The notes: generated by a model not told the origin, from the letters alone. A stretch of DNA of 49,825 bases from an uncultured Chroococcidiopsis sp. (GCA_964248365.1 CAXTYC010000037.1:1-49825); one strand, 5' to 3'. Positions 11,220 through 22,958 are shown, numbered from the stretch's first letter. Made by a program: numbers and translations.

Positions 11220-11324
11220 AGTAGGTCGTCTGAAATAAACAGCGAACCGTGTGTTGGCGTTTCTTTTCGGCAGCAAGGGTTATCTATGTTGACGGTTCGC
11301 GCATTTTTTTATGACGAGTGTACT
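11220..11324 (+). mobile_element. MITE family A, copy 3
   Basis: Near-identical to copy 1; TA flanks; sits at the break point of the IS701 transposase. Confidence 0.9.
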
Positions 11325-11326
11325 TA

Positions 11327-11783
11327 CCACAATTCCATTTTCAGTTTTTCCCAGGTTTCCTATATACTGTCGTTTCACATAATCTGTTTTGTCTCCTTTC
11401 TTTTTATCTCCTGTTTCATCAATAATTAAAATAATTGGTCGCTCTTTTAGCACTTGTAAAATTAGTTCTAATCGCAAAGCTCTTAACCGTTCTATTTCCC
11501 AAGGTGATGTAGTTAAGAAATGATGTAGGGATTGATGGTTATCTAATCCTACAATTTTTGCTATTTCTGGTAGGGTTTTACGTTTTAATTGGGAAATACA
11601 TCCTATATGTAGGTACTTAAATGCCTCAAAGCTCCTAACATCTGAAAACAGGTTTTTATACCACCTGCAATATTCGTCCACGAATTTGACTGTTGGTACG
11701 GGTGGACGAGGCTCTACCATGCTCTGTGTCTTCGTTCTAGAGTTTGCCCGTTATTATACCACTGCCAGAGTGACAAAATAGGG
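11327..11783 (-). mobile_element. IS701-family fragment (left end and N-terminal transposase)
   Basis: LIIDETGDKKKG..TDYVKRQYIGNLGKTENGIV; end CCCTATTTTGTCACTCTG on the minus strand. Confidence 0.88.
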
Positions 11784-11787
11784 TTAA

Positions 11788-12007
11788 CCGGATCGTTAAA
11801 GCTGCTGCATTGCGAGTGCTTGGGCTAGAACCAGAAGTAGCTGCATCAGTATCACCTCATTGGTTACGTCATGCTCATGCAAGTCATACAATGGATCGTG
11901 GCGCTCTAGTTCACAAGCGTTAAGGACACCTTGGGTCACGCTAATATTGCTACCACTGAGTATTACCTTCATGCGCGACCAAAAAATAGTTTTAGTTCAT
12001 ATATTAG
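11788..12007 (+). pseudogene. Tyrosine recombinase/integrase C-terminal remnant
   Basis: VSPHWLRHAHASH.MDRGA...DTLGHANIATTEYYLHARP readable across frameshifts. Confidence 0.8.
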
Positions 12008-12038
12008 TCAAATTGCTTTAGTATCTCTTAAAGCCTCT

Positions 12039-12149
12039 GTTCCAATTGTCATCTAGCCCGAAGGTTGAATACTACCTGGTTGGGACACTAGATTTGATAG
12101 ACCTACAAATAAGTTCTAATCCTCATCCAGCCCGAAGGCTGAATGCAAC
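12039..12149 (-). CRISPR. Orphan CRISPR-like mini-array (two 37-bp repeats, one 37-bp spacer)
   Basis: Repeats 12039-12075 and 12113-12149 are 30/37 identical. The minus-strand repeat GTTGCATTCAGCCTTCGGGCTGGATGAGGATTAGAAC has a CAGCC-TTCG-GGCTG hairpin and an ATTGAAAC-like end. No cas genes in the window. Confidence 0.72.
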
Positions 12150-12300
12150 CAAATCTTGCTGTAGCGATCCAAACTTGCGTAAATATGACTAAAGAACTAA
12201 AATTGACTCGAATTAAGGGTTTTGCGGTTAGGTAATCTCTGCGGTGTATTACTTTTCTGTGATTGTCCAACATAGTGAACGAGACTTTTTTTTGATGATA

Positions 12301-12405
12301 AGTACACTCGTCATAAAAAAATGCGCGAACCGTCAACATAGATAACCTTTGCTGCCGAAAAGAAACGCCAACACACGGTTCGCTGTTTATTTCAGACGAC
12401 CTACT
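12301..12405 (-). mobile_element. MITE family A, copy 4
   Basis: Reverse complement of copy 3 with one substitution; TA flanks. Confidence 0.9.
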
Positions 12406-12690
12406 TATTGGGTGCATCCTTTCTGTTCCAGTTTTTCGTCTAAACTCTAGTTTAGGGCTTACGCACTGTAAAAAAACTAAAGTCTGCTTCAACGCCCATT
12501 ACGTTTTTGTGTGCTGTTGGTGTAATCAGCGTCACTTTTATAGCAGTAGACAGCGCAATGCCTACAGTGAAACTGCTGAACTAGGCATTGGTATCATCGT
12601 TAAGATTGGGTAATTTTACTGTAGTTCACAAATTGACGATTAGGTAAAAACTTAATAGACAAAATAAAGGACTTTATAAAGTTTGAGTCG

Positions 12691-12981
12691 ATGCCTTTCC
12701 ATCAGGATTATCTTGGTATTGAACAACCAGCTGTGGGTCAATTAATTCGGGAGATCCGGCAAACCCTTAAGCTGACACAAGAGAGGTTTGCGGCGCAACT
12801 AGGTGTCACGTTTCCAACGATCAATCGTTGGGAAAACGGACACGCGACTCCTTCTCCTTTGGCACTTAAGCAAATTGACACTCTGCTAAACCAATTGTCT
12901 GATTCACCCGATGTCAGCTTACGTAAACGCACTCAGACAATTCAAGAAAAATACTTTCCGACAAAGGCTCCCAAAGCATGA
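12691..12981 (+). CDS. XRE-family HTH regulator
   Basis: IREIRQTLKLTQERFAAQLGVTFPTINRWENG; ATGA overlap with the next gene. Confidence 0.9.
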   Translation: MPFHQDYLGIEQPAVGQLIREIRQTLKLTQERFAAQLGVTFPTINRWENGHATPSPLALKQIDTLLNQLSDSPDVSLRKRTQTIQEKYFPTKAPKA

Positions 12982-15275
12982 AGGCAGAGTCACACAAGGT
13001 AAAGGCTGAAAACCTCTTTGTTGGTGGCGGCGAGATAGGTGTATTAGTAAGATCGCACGATTGGTCGCAAACGCCGCTAGGGGCTGTCGAAACCTGGTCG
13101 GAAAGCCTAAAAACGGCTGTGCAGATCCTGTTAACAGAACTTGAGCGCGTAAATCCGCCAGAAAAGACTCAGCTAGAAGCCAATCTGCCGCCGTCGCGCC
13201 CATCAACAGATGCCTTGCGTCAAGCTGCCCAAGCTGATGCGTTTCGAGTCAAGCTCACCAATGCGCTACGCCCGCTGACTGACGCTAATCAGATTCAGGC
13301 GATTGCTGCCCGCATACTGGGTGAGTCTTTAAACGCAAGCCGCGTTATTTATATTGAAGTGTTACCAGGCGAAAAGCAGGTGATCGTTCACAAAAACTAC
13401 ACGAACGGCGTTGCCTGTTTGAGCGGGCTGTACCATCTGGAAGACTTTGGGCGCAACCTGATGGACGATCATCGTGCGGGGCGAACGTTGATCGTTCCCG
13501 ATGTGGCAAACTACTCTAAATACACAGCCAGCGACAAGGCAAGGTATCGTTCGCTCGATATTGCCGCACATATTGATGTGCCGCTGATCAAGAACGAACA
13601 ATTTGTTGCGTTGCTGGCGGTGCATCAGGCAAACCCTCATGGGTGGACCCAAGAAGAGGTGAGACGAGTCGAGGAAACGGCAGAGCAGACGTGGGCAGCC
13701 GTCGAACGCGCAAAGGCCCAATCCGCTTTGCGTCAGAGCGAGGCGCAGTTTCGCACTCTGATTAGTGCTAGTTCTAATGTGCTGTATCGCATGAGTGCTG
13801 ATTGGAGCAAGATGTACGAGCTTCAGGGCAGCGATTTCATCGCAGACACATCCGAGCCAATCTTTGACTGGATGCAAAAATATATTCACCCAGACGACCA
13901 AACTCGCGTATTGGAGGCAATTGAGGTAGCCATCCAGAACAAGTGTTTGTTCGAGCTAGAACATCGCGTTCGTCAAGTTGATGGCACACTGGGCTGGACT
14001 TACTCACGCGCTGTGCCTTTACTCGATAGTGCTGGTGAAATTATTGAATGGTTTGGCGAGGCAAGTGATATTAGCGATCGCAAGCGCATCGAGCAAGAGC
14101 GCGAACAACTGCTGCACCACGAACAAGCCGCACGGGAAGCTGCCGAATCTGCCAACCGAATCAAAGATGAGTTTCTTGCCGTACTGTCCCATGAATTGCG
14201 ATCGCCCCTCAATCCCATTTTGGGCTGGACGCGCTTACTACAAAACGGCAAACTGAGCGAAGCCCGTAAAGCCGAAGCCTTGAAAACTATCGAGCGCAAT
14301 GTCAAACTACAGACGCAACTAATCGAAGACTTGCTCGACATCTCCCGCATCATGCAAGGCAAACTAAGCTTAACAGTTGCTCCGGTCAGTTTGACCTTTG
14401 TAGTTTCTGCCGCCGTTGATACAGTGCGTTTGGCAGCAGAAGCAAAAAATATCAGCATCGCCCTCGATCTTGACTTTGAGATCGCTGCGGTTTCTGGCGA
14501 TGCAGCCCGCTTGCAACAAGTAATGTGGAATTTGCTTACCAATGCGGTTAAGTTTACACCCAATAGTGGACAAGTAACCGTTGAACTGCGCTCTTTCGAT
14601 GGGCTAGCTCAGATTCGGGTAATCGACACTGGTAAGGGCATCAATCCGCAGTTTTTGCCCCATGTATTTGAGTATTTTCGCCAAGAAGACAGTTCAACGA
14701 CACGCAAATTTGGCGGGTTGGGATTGGGACTAGCGATCGTGCGGCAAATTGTCGAAATGCACGGGGGTAAGGTAAAGGCAGAAAGCCTAGGTGAGAATCA
14801 AGGCGCAACCTTCATCGTGCAATTGCCCCTGATGCAACAGGCAAACAAGATTGCATCCGAGCCAATCCACACACCCATAGAAGCCTCAGTGCCTTTAGAG
14901 GGCGTTCAAATTTTGCTGGTTGATGATCAGCCAGATACCCGCGAGTTTCAGTCATTTGTGCTAGAACAGAGCGGTGCAAATGTAACAGCCGTCGCTTCTG
15001 GCGTTGAAGCTTTGCAAGCTCTAGATTTGTTTACTTTTGACGTGCTAGTGAGTGACATAGGCATGGCACAGATGGACGGCTATATGCTAATGCAGCAGAT
15101 TCGTGATCGCCCAACCAATCAAGGAGGAAGTATTCGAGCGATCGCACTGACCGCTTATGCCGCAGAATTTGACCAACAAAGAGCACTTCAGGTAGGTTTT
15201 CAAACTCACATTACAAAACCTATAGAGCCAGAGGCGTTAGTAGGGGCAATTGTAAACTTGTTAGATGGCAACTAA
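12978..15275 (+). CDS. Hybrid sensor histidine kinase (GAF-PAS-HisKA-HATPase-REC)
   Basis: LSHELRSPL H-box, NAVKFT, DTGKGI, GGLGLGL; receiver VDD...DIGM...K; PAS motif IHPDD. Confidence 0.95.
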   Translation: MKAESHKVKAENLFVGGGEIGVLVRSHDWSQTPLGAVETWSESLKTAVQILLTELERVNPPEKTQLEANLPPSRPSTDALRQAAQADAFRVKLTNALRPLTDANQIQAIAARILGESLNASRVIYIEVLPGEKQVIVHKNYTNGVACLSGLYHLEDFGRNLMDDHRAGRTLIVPDVANYSKYTASDKARYRSLDIAAHIDVPLIKNEQFVALLAVHQANPHGWTQEEVRRVEETAEQTWAAVERAKAQSALRQSEAQFRTLISASSNVLYRMSADWSKMYELQGSDFIADTSEPIFDWMQKYIHPDDQTRVLEAIEVAIQNKCLFELEHRVRQVDGTLGWTYSRAVPLLDSAGEIIEWFGEASDISDRKRIEQEREQLLHHEQAAREAAESANRIKDEFLAVLSHELRSPLNPILGWTRLLQNGKLSEARKAEALKTIERNVKLQTQLIEDLLDISRIMQGKLSLTVAPVSLTFVVSAAVDTVRLAAEAKNISIALDLDFEIAAVSGDAARLQQVMWNLLTNAVKFTPNSGQVTVELRSFDGLAQIRVIDTGKGINPQFLPHVFEYFRQEDSSTTRKFGGLGLGLAIVRQIVEMHGGKVKAESLGENQGATFIVQLPLMQQANKIASEPIHTPIEASVPLEGVQILLVDDQPDTREFQSFVLEQSGANVTAVASGVEALQALDLFTFDVLVSDIGMAQMDGYMLMQQIRDRPTNQGGSIRAIALTAYAAEFDQQRALQVGFQTHITKPIEPEALVGAIVNLLDGN

Positions 15276-15765
15276 TTTTTTGCTAGGCAAGCTGTACTCA
15301 TCGAAAAAAGGTTTTTAGGTGAACATACTCGCCCCGCTCATTCACAATTTCCCCTCCTTGCTGATAGCCTAGTGCGTAGGCAAGATACCAGCGAACACGT
15401 AGTAGAATGATTTCGCACTTCTATGTGAAGCCAGTTGAACGGATTTGATTTAAGTATAGAGGCAGGAACAAACTTACGTAATCTCCCACTCTACCATTTA
15501 CCGCTGCGGTTTTTGCATCATAACAAAGCGAGAGCGGTTCGCTGTTCTCGTGCATATACTGCTGTCCAAGTGTGTGGTTCCCGCCAAGAATAGCTTGCAG
15601 CACAAGAGCGTTGCCGTCAGTAAAATCATCTGGATGCAAATTATTGGGCTAACAATTATAAATTAAGCCACTTTAAAGTAGATGCTGTAATACCGAACTA
15701 GAAAATTGATAGGAGCATGTATGATCCTAAGAAGGCATAATTCTGAATATCTACAGTTTCAATTA

Positions 15766-15907
15766 GACCTATCCGTAAATTAGGAACAGCCCTCTTGGTG
15801 GATCTATTTGTCATCACGTATACTCGTGAGGCATCTTTAAAGGAAGAATTATTCGCACCCTATATGCCGTGTTGTTTATCCAGCTGTTCCTAATTTTAGG
15901 ATGACTC
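15766..15907 (+). mobile_element. MITE family C, long copy
   Basis: GACCTATCCGTAAATTAGGAACAGC...GCTGTTCCTAATTTTAGGATGACTC, homologous to the insert at 22959-23062. Confidence 0.75.
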
Positions 15908-16447
15908 TATTACAAGAACTGCTTGGTCGTCAGCTAGGGAAAGAAGTTTGAAGGACAATTTAACTCCTGTCGCTTGGGTTAATGCCAGTCAGTTAGATTG
16001 GCTTGACAACTGACTCACTGGCATTAATGGCAGTTTGCCGAATCTTCCTATTTAGCTAATATTGTGTTTATGCTAATACTTTGGACTATAAAAGCAATAA
16101 TAAAAGTATATGCACCAATGAATTAGTAGCAAAGCTTAAGCGTCGCTACACTCTTTTTTTTACAATTCATAAAGAAATACAAAAATTAAGTTTTAAAATA
16201 TTTATAAAATTGAATAGAGGTTGAGCAATTGGAGATTAAATATATTCCTTTCGAGCCTTTATTTTTCAACGCCTGGTTACAATAATTAACAGATGAAAAA
16301 CTATTATTTATATTGTATAATCAAGAATAAGTTTTGAAAATTTCATTTCTTAGATTACTCTATGTGACCTGTAAAGAGTTTAGTTGTAACTTGTTACAGG
16401 TTGAATCATAGCTAATCCTACCAAACTTCAAGCATCATCCAGCTACT

Positions 16448-16639
16448 ATGGAATCTGAAGAATATAAAGGTTATACAATTGAGTACTTAATTTATCAAGC
16501 TAGTGCGTCTAAAGTATATTATCAATACATAGTTTTAGACAAGTCGGGATACGAAATTTGTAATGGAGTAACTGAAATAGATTTCAACGGGGCAAGAATT
16601 GAAGCAAAGCGTGAAATTGATTATCTTTCAAAGCTTTAG
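16448..16639 (+). CDS. Small hypothetical protein
   Basis: 63-aa ATG ORF in an AT-rich region. Confidence 0.45.
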   Translation: MESEEYKGYTIEYLIYQASASKVYYQYIVLDKSGYEICNGVTEIDFNGARIEAKREIDYLSKL

Positions 16640-16891
16640 GTAACTAAACTTTAACTGTCTGTTTACCCCTAGCTAGTTAAAAAACATTAGTTAGGCTTGT
16701 GTGTTGCAAAGCGGAACACAGTATTTTGTAACTCTTAATCACGTTCAAGGTTTTATTCAATGCTTTCTAAAAATCAGTAACTATTTAGTTAATCAATAAT
16801 CCTCTTACAAGAGTGCTTTTACTTTAGGTGAGGGTGGGTATTACCCCATAGGCGGATTATAGAAAAGCGAAAACGGGAAAAAAACAATATT

Positions 16892-17230
16892 ATGATTGAT
16901 GAAATTTTTCACTACAAAGTAAAGGCAAATAGCTTCCCAGCGAAGTGTCGCGTGAGGATTAACAGCAACACCGTTGTTGCAACTGAACTTCTAAATAATC
17001 AGGGAATGTCCATCACCAATGCATTTGAAGAAGTAGCAATGCTTGTGTGCCAATTTTATGAGATTCCAATAGCTCAATTAGTTTGGATCGAACACTACCC
17101 ACAAAGGGCAGACATAGATGAGACGTTTGACACGGTTGAATTTCAAACTGTACATAATTGCCTCGCTAACCCAATCTGGAAACCTGTATCTCGTATAAGG
17201 GTAGAGGAGCTAGTCGGTTGTTTACTGTAG
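16892..17230 (+). CDS. Hypothetical protein
   Basis: 112-aa ORF with motifs TEL..N.GMSITNA.E and LVWIEHYP. Confidence 0.65.
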   Translation: MIDEIFHYKVKANSFPAKCRVRINSNTVVATELLNNQGMSITNAFEEVAMLVCQFYEIPIAQLVWIEHYPQRADIDETFDTVEFQTVHNCLANPIWKPVSRIRVEELVGCLL

Positions 17231-17240
17231 TTGGCTGTAA

Positions 17241-17300
17241 ATGTTGCGTCATGCTCATGCCTCTGGTGCGATAAGATCGTGGCGCTCATTTTCACCTGAT
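17241..17300 (+). pseudogene. Short tyrosine recombinase remnant
   Basis: LRHAHAS...DRGA; nucleotide similarity to 11865-11905. Confidence 0.55.
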
Positions 17301-17305
17301 TTTTG

Positions 17306-18772
17306 TCAACGAACGACTTTAAGGGCATCGTACAGTAAACTGTATCGCTTGAACGCTGCTTCATATACAGGATTTGCTTGTGGCTGTACTACAATGCTTT
17401 CAATAGGCAGCATCCCCAATGCAGCTTCTAAATTCGGGAGCGCACCAATCCCCACCATTGCCAGAATTGCTGCTCCCAAAGCCGCTCCTTCATAATACGA
17501 GGGAGTAATAAGTTCTGTTTGCAAAACATCTGCCAAAATTCGTAACCAAACGCTCGATCGCGCTCCTCCACCTGTTGCCAAGAGTTGATGAATGGGAGTC
17601 ATCTTGCCCATTACCTCCAACGCTGTCCGCAAGCTAAATGCAACGCCCTCTAGTACAGCCCGAATCAGATCTGCCTGCGTGTGAGCCAAAGATAGATTAA
17701 CCCAAGCGCCACGAGTATCCCGATCGAGGTGTGGACTGCGTTCTCCTGATAGGTGAGCAAGAAATAGAACGCCTCTGCTACCTGGTAGCGAGCGATTAGC
17801 CATGTCTATTAGATCGGTGTAAGAATGGTTCGGCGCAAATGTATCTCGATACCAACGTAAAGAGCTACCTGCCGCTAATGTCACTCCCAGCAAATAATAT
17901 CCACCATCCACATGAGAGAACAAATGCACCCGACCTTTTGGATCGCCAGTTGGGTGAGCTATGGGTATAAAGATGACTCCTGATGTACCGATACCTAGAC
18001 TGCCTCGGTTTAGATTACTCGATGAAATACCCAGACTGATCGCCGCTGCCGCACTGTCGCTGCCTCCCGCAACTATGGGTAATCGGGCAGGCAGTCCCAC
18101 ACGGGCTGCTATTTCTGATTTCAGCCTTCCAGCGATCGCAGTAGACTTAACGAGCGAGGGGAACAAAGCTGGACTGATATTAAGGGCATTGAGAATATCT
18201 GTATCCCATTGTCGTGAAGCTATATTCAAACACCCCACGCCACAGGCAACAGATGGGTCTGTCACTGCTTCCCCAGTAAGCACGTATCCTATATAATCCT
18301 TTGGCAAAAGACAATGCCGCAACTGAGCATACGCCAGCGGTTCTTGGGTTCGTAGCCATATTAACTTCGGAAGTTGAAACCCTGTAACTATACGATTTCC
18401 CGTCCGCGCAATCAACTCTTGACGAGAAATGGCGGCTTCAATTGTATCAACGGCTTTACCTGTACGCTGGTCATTCCACAAAATTGCTGGTCTGATAACT
18501 CTGCCTTCTGCATCGAGGGGAATCATACCGTGCATTTGTCCAGACAAACCCAGGGCGATCACTCGATGTCCATCTAGCTGTTGAGCAACATTAGATAGCG
18601 CACTAAGACTGGCTTCGACCCAATCCGATGGGTTCTGCTCCGTCCAACCCGGCTGCGGGGTTAACAAGGGATAGCTTCTTGTCGAAGAAGCAATAATTTG
18701 TCCTCGCAAGTCAACAGCAAGTACCCGCACTCCTCCTGTACCCAGATCTAAGCCGATTACAACGTCAGCCAA
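17306..18772 (-). CDS. xylB: Xylulokinase (FGGY carbohydrate kinase)
   Basis: [38 protein letters not shown] and GGGARS motifs. Confidence 0.85.
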   Translation of the reverse strand: MADVVIGLDLGTGGVRVLAVDLRGQIIASSTRSYPLLTPQPGWTEQNPSDWVEASLSALSNVAQQLDGHRVIALGLSGQMHGMIPLDAEGRVIRPAILWNDQRTGKAVDTIEAAISRQELIARTGNRIVTGFQLPKLIWLRTQEPLAYAQLRHCLLPKDYIGYVLTGEAVTDPSVACGVGCLNIASRQWDTDILNALNISPALFPSLVKSTAIAGRLKSEIAARVGLPARLPIVAGGSDSAAAAISLGISSSNLNRGSLGIGTSGVIFIPIAHPTGDPKGRVHLFSHVDGGYYLLGVTLAAGSSLRWYRDTFAPNHSYTDLIDMANRSLPGSRGVLFLAHLSGERSPHLDRDTRGAWVNLSLAHTQADLIRAVLEGVAFSLRTALEVMGKMTPIHQLLATGGGARSSVWLRILADVLQTELITPSYYEGAALGAAILAMVGIGALPNLEAALGMLPIESIVVQPQANPVYEAAFKRYSLLYDALKVVR

Positions 18773-19795
18773 TCGCCTCAGCCCAATTTTACAAATTCAA
18801 CTTTAGCTATTTTAGAATCCTGCTCGTTTTCAATGCAAAATTTTAGTAAAGTTGTGACGGTAAAAAGATACATGATCGATAGATCAAAAAGTTTTTTCTC
18901 ACAGACACTTATTATTCTTTTATTGGCGAGAAAGTCCTCTACAGGGCTGCTCGCTACTTATTCCGATGCCTCTATACAGACAGCATAACAAACTGCTCAT
19001 TGCCCCATACCCCTGCTCTGTGCTGCCCCGCTTGAGCTTCCGCCTGCTCTACCGCGGCGGCAGTTGGGCAATTGTTGAGGACTACTCTTCGGTTAATGTA
19101 GATTGATATGTTAGGAGAGGTGGAATGAAGATGTGGCTCTTAACCCTGCTGTTGACTTCAAGAATCGCCTTCGACCTGGGGCTGCCGCTATGGTTGAAAA
19201 GGCAATAGTAGGAGCAGGCAACCCTGTTGTGCTTGAAGCCTTGTTAGATGCCTGCATTCTTTTAGAAGATAGCTCGAAGAGTGATGCGCCCAAGGTAGCG
19301 ATTGAACGAGATGCCAGTACCGACATAGGGACTTACCACTTGTTTGTGCGGCGACTAAGCACTAGTATTGCTAGTGGTAAATTTCAAATTTTGATCGTTC
19401 GTGAACTTGCGTCCGGCTTAATCTATTAAACGTATAACGTATATGGAGTAGGTAAAAAACTTTTGAACAGATACCAGTGATAGCGGGGAAAAAGCTGAAG
19501 CAGATGCGGCTACAATATTTACGCAACCAAGAGCGCATCAGTACTGGTTAGTAGGGTTTACAAACCGCCTCCAATTGGTTTGAGCTACTGGAAATAAAGC
19601 AATGTCGAGGGCTGCTGGCATCGTGACTTAGAGCGCTTTTGACTTTAGCTAAGCTTGGGGGACAGCGTAAATAATTGTTCCGCACTGAAAATTTCAACAA
19701 TTTCAACAAGTAAGTCTTGGCTTCAGTCTCAGTTGACTACCGCACACTTTTGATCGCAAGCTAAAGCTAGGCGCGAGTACTTGATTGAAATCTAT

Positions 19796-20107
19796 TTAAC
19801 TGGTACGAAACTGTTCAACCTCTTCGGTGTAACGAATGGGCAGAACGTACTCCAGATTTTGATCAGGACGAGCAATAACGTGAGTAGACAAAATTTTCCC
19901 ATTATCGACGCGATTGGCTGCTGCAACCCCGCTGGCAATTGCCGCTTGCACCTCTGCAACATCGCCTCGTATAATTACTGTTACGCGACCACTACCAATT
20001 TTTTCATAGCCAACTAATGTAACGCTGGCAGCTTTGACCATTGAGTCTGCCGCTTCCACTAATGCGGGAAACCCAAGCGTCTCAATCATTCCAATTGCAA
20101 TTGACAT
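19796..20107 (-). CDS. ccmK: BMC-H carboxysome shell protein, CcmK2-like, outside a ccm operon
   Basis: [26 protein letters not shown], pore motif KIGS and C-terminal [14 protein letters not shown]. Confidence 0.93.
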   Translation of the reverse strand: MSIAIGMIETLGFPALVEAADSMVKAASVTLVGYEKIGSGRVTVIIRGDVAEVQAAIASGVAAANRVDNGKILSTHVIARPDQNLEYVLPIRYTEEVEQFRTS

Positions 20108-20141
20108 ACTTTATTTTTTCAACTAATAACTGTAGTTTAGA

Positions 20142-20466
20142 CTACCCTCGCAATAAAAAGCGCCAAGCTGTGGTGATCTGATTGCTTTTTAGTGAATATT
20201 CAACAAGAGAAGAAAGTACACTCGCCCTTGTTTTATCTAAACTCAATGCCCAATTCCTTACCGCTGATTCAACTGCAAGAGCGTGTATTTGCGGATTTGG
20301 GAGCAACCCCGACTGCCTCACCGTCGCCAACCCCGCCTGGGCGATCGCGCTTTTGACTCTAGCCAGCCCAGAGGGAACGTTATGCCAGAACGAGCGGATT
20401 GCACTCTTTACCTGGGGATTAATGCTGATGTCAGGAGATAAACGGCGTAGTTGTATGCAAACCTCT
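20142..20466 (-). CDS. 3' exon of the twintron host gene (HTH Rep-like protein)
   Basis: Joining 25398 to 20466 gives in-frame DEPTDEEVK-EVCIQLRRLSPDISINPQVK..., open to the stop at 20142. Confidence 0.7.
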
Positions 20467-22407
20467 GTTAGGGTCGAGGGAGGTTATTAGACCTCGCCCC
20501 TCCCTGTTAGATCCGGACGTGCGAGATTTCCCCGCATCCGGCTCCCGACGTTCTTAGTCGTGACTTTTGCTCATGTGGTGGTAATCGTGGCAGCTTTCGT
20601 GGACGGCTGAAAGGTTTTTAGGCTTCCAGTTGTTATGGTTACCATCTACATGATGTAGGTGTACCCTTTCGTCACTTAGCGTTTTTAATCCACAATATCC
20701 ACAGGTATGGTTTTGCCTTTTCAGGACTTGTGAGGTTAATCCGTCATAGAGTTTGCTGTTACGCGCACTCCAGTAGGTTAAGTCGCCATCGTAGGGCGAT
20801 TTGTCTTCCTTGACATTGACGAATCTATTTTCGGAGTAAGGAACGTATGGGAACGCTTTATTCAGTAGTATCTTACTGGTGTGGCGGTTCTGCTTCTTTT
20901 CCTTATTGAATACCTTGAACGCTCTTTTCTGAATGAAATACAGCGAATTTCTCGCTCCATCCATCTTGCAGTAGCGGTGGTAATTTCTCCAACCTCTTAC
21001 TATGGGGGCTAATTTCATAGCCTTGATCTTTGCACCATAATTCGAGTTCTTGACGATTTCTTTTACCTTCTGACGGAAAGCCTTGAAGTTGTCCACTGAT
21101 GGAACACATCTAAACTTTCCGTTGGTTTGCACTTTGAAATGCCACCCAAGGAAATCAAATCCATCTGTCGCTGCGGTTAGCTTTGTTTTCTTTTCACTGA
21201 CATTCATTCCTCTGTGGGCGAGAAACTGGCTGATTTTGTCAAGTATTGCCTTTGCGTCATCTTGGGGTCTTAGTATGAGTCGGGTAGGGCGGGGGCATTG
21301 CTGCCCCTTTCCCCCCTAGAAACCGGACTTACAAGTTTCCAAGTATCCGGCTTGAGCAATCTACAAGGCTATTTCTTCCCATGAGCCTGCTGGTGGCAAT
21401 AAAGGTGCAATAGGCGAAGGTTATTGTAGGTGTCCTTACCACCTTCGCTTTTTGGTTTGACATGATGTAGATGTAGTTCTTCCCCGTTGTATAGGGATTC
21501 ACCACACGTCGGGCATTGGTGGTTTTGATTTTTGGCTATCGTTTGTCGGGATTTGTTTCTCAGGTTTTTCACCTTCTTCATTTCCCTGTCGCTCCAATAG
21601 TCCCTTAAGTCGGGGTCGTCGGAAGAGGATGAGCCTTTAACTAGGGTGTGCCGTTCGATGTCGAACCAACTGAATTTCAGTATATGCGCTCCCAGGCTTT
21701 TATCACCAAATACCCATTTGTCAGGACGGTGAAGATTTAAACTGCCGAAATAGCGTTTTTGTCTCCACTTCCAACCTTTTTTGGGGTGCATTCTCCTGGT
21801 GTGTCGTCTTTCTGTGATAAACATCCACCGATCTAGACCAGAGAAGGTTTCTTTGGAAACTCCAGTACGGAAATAGTTAGCCCATCCCCGAATTACCGAA
21901 TTTAGTTTTCCGAGTAGTTCTGGTAGTCTGAATCTGACAGGAGATAGCCAAATATCCCTAAGTTTTGCCCGTACCTTCTGCACTGACTTGGTACTAGGTT
22001 TTATGAGTAGTTTCCAACCTGTAGCAGTATTGGAGTCTCGATAGTGCCTAATATTAAAACCGAGGAAATCAAAGCCAGCCGTAAGATGTTTTATGCTGGT
22101 TTTTTCAGAGGAAATATTAAGTCCCCTTTGTGCCAGCCATCCTTTTATGACTTCTACGCATATGAGTGCGTCTTCTTTGGTTTCGCAGAACACGCAAAAG
22201 TCGTGGGCGTAGCGCACAACTTGGCGTTTGCCGATAGACTGTCCTCGCAAGTCGTATGTGACTCCAAGGGCTTGTTCCATTCCGTGTAGTGCAATATTAG
22301 CCAAGAGGGGGCTGATATTGCCGCCTTGTGGCGTACCGCTGTCGGTTTCGTGAAAAACCCCTTTATCCATTACTCCTGCTTTGAGCCATTGGTGAATCAA
22401 CTTCCTA

Positions 22408-22511
22408 AGTAGGTCGTCTGAAATAAACAGCGAACCGTGTGTTGGCGGATCTGATCAGCAGCAAGGGTTATCTATGTTGACGGTTCGCGCATTTTTTTAT
22501 GACTTTGTACT
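22408..22511 (+). mobile_element. MITE family A, copy 5
   Basis: TA duplication at 22406-22407 and 22512-22513; excision restores the RT frame. Confidence 0.92.
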
Positions 22512-22958
22512 TAGCTGGGAAGTTGCCAATGCTTTTCATCAGGTAGTCATGGTCGATATTATCAAAACACCCTTGAATGTCAGCGTCTATCACCCATTTT
22601 TTCCGCTTATTAGGGCGGCATATACCATAGATTTTCTCTATGGCATCATGGGCGCTTCTGCCAGGACGAAAACCGTAGCTCGTCCCTTCAAAAAGGGCTG
22701 ACCAGCTTGGCTCCAAAGCATTCTTAACGATTGCCTGTAGGCATCTATCAATTATGCTAGGTATTCCGAGAAGTCGTTTCTTACCGTTTGGCTTAGGAAT
22801 TTCGACACGTTTTGATGGTAGTGGTTTCCAGGGAATAAATTTTCCCAGGGCATCTACTAACACACCTCTTGCTTCCGGTGTAAGTACCAGAAGTTTGTCC
22901 ACCCCAGGCGTGTGCTTGCCAGAGTTCTGCTGTGTTACCCTTCTTACTGCTATCAGTA

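Noticed and set aside
13362..14573. Long antisense ORFs within the kinase (similarly within xylB, the RTs and the S9 peptidase)
   Set aside because: Shadows of well-supported genes on the opposite strand, with no recognisable motifs.
15979..16027. Isolated hairpins (also about 1513-1547, 27215-27260, 28660-28710, 37290-37322) as ncRNAs
   Set aside because: Single stem-loops consistent with terminators or stabilisers; no family can be assigned by eye.
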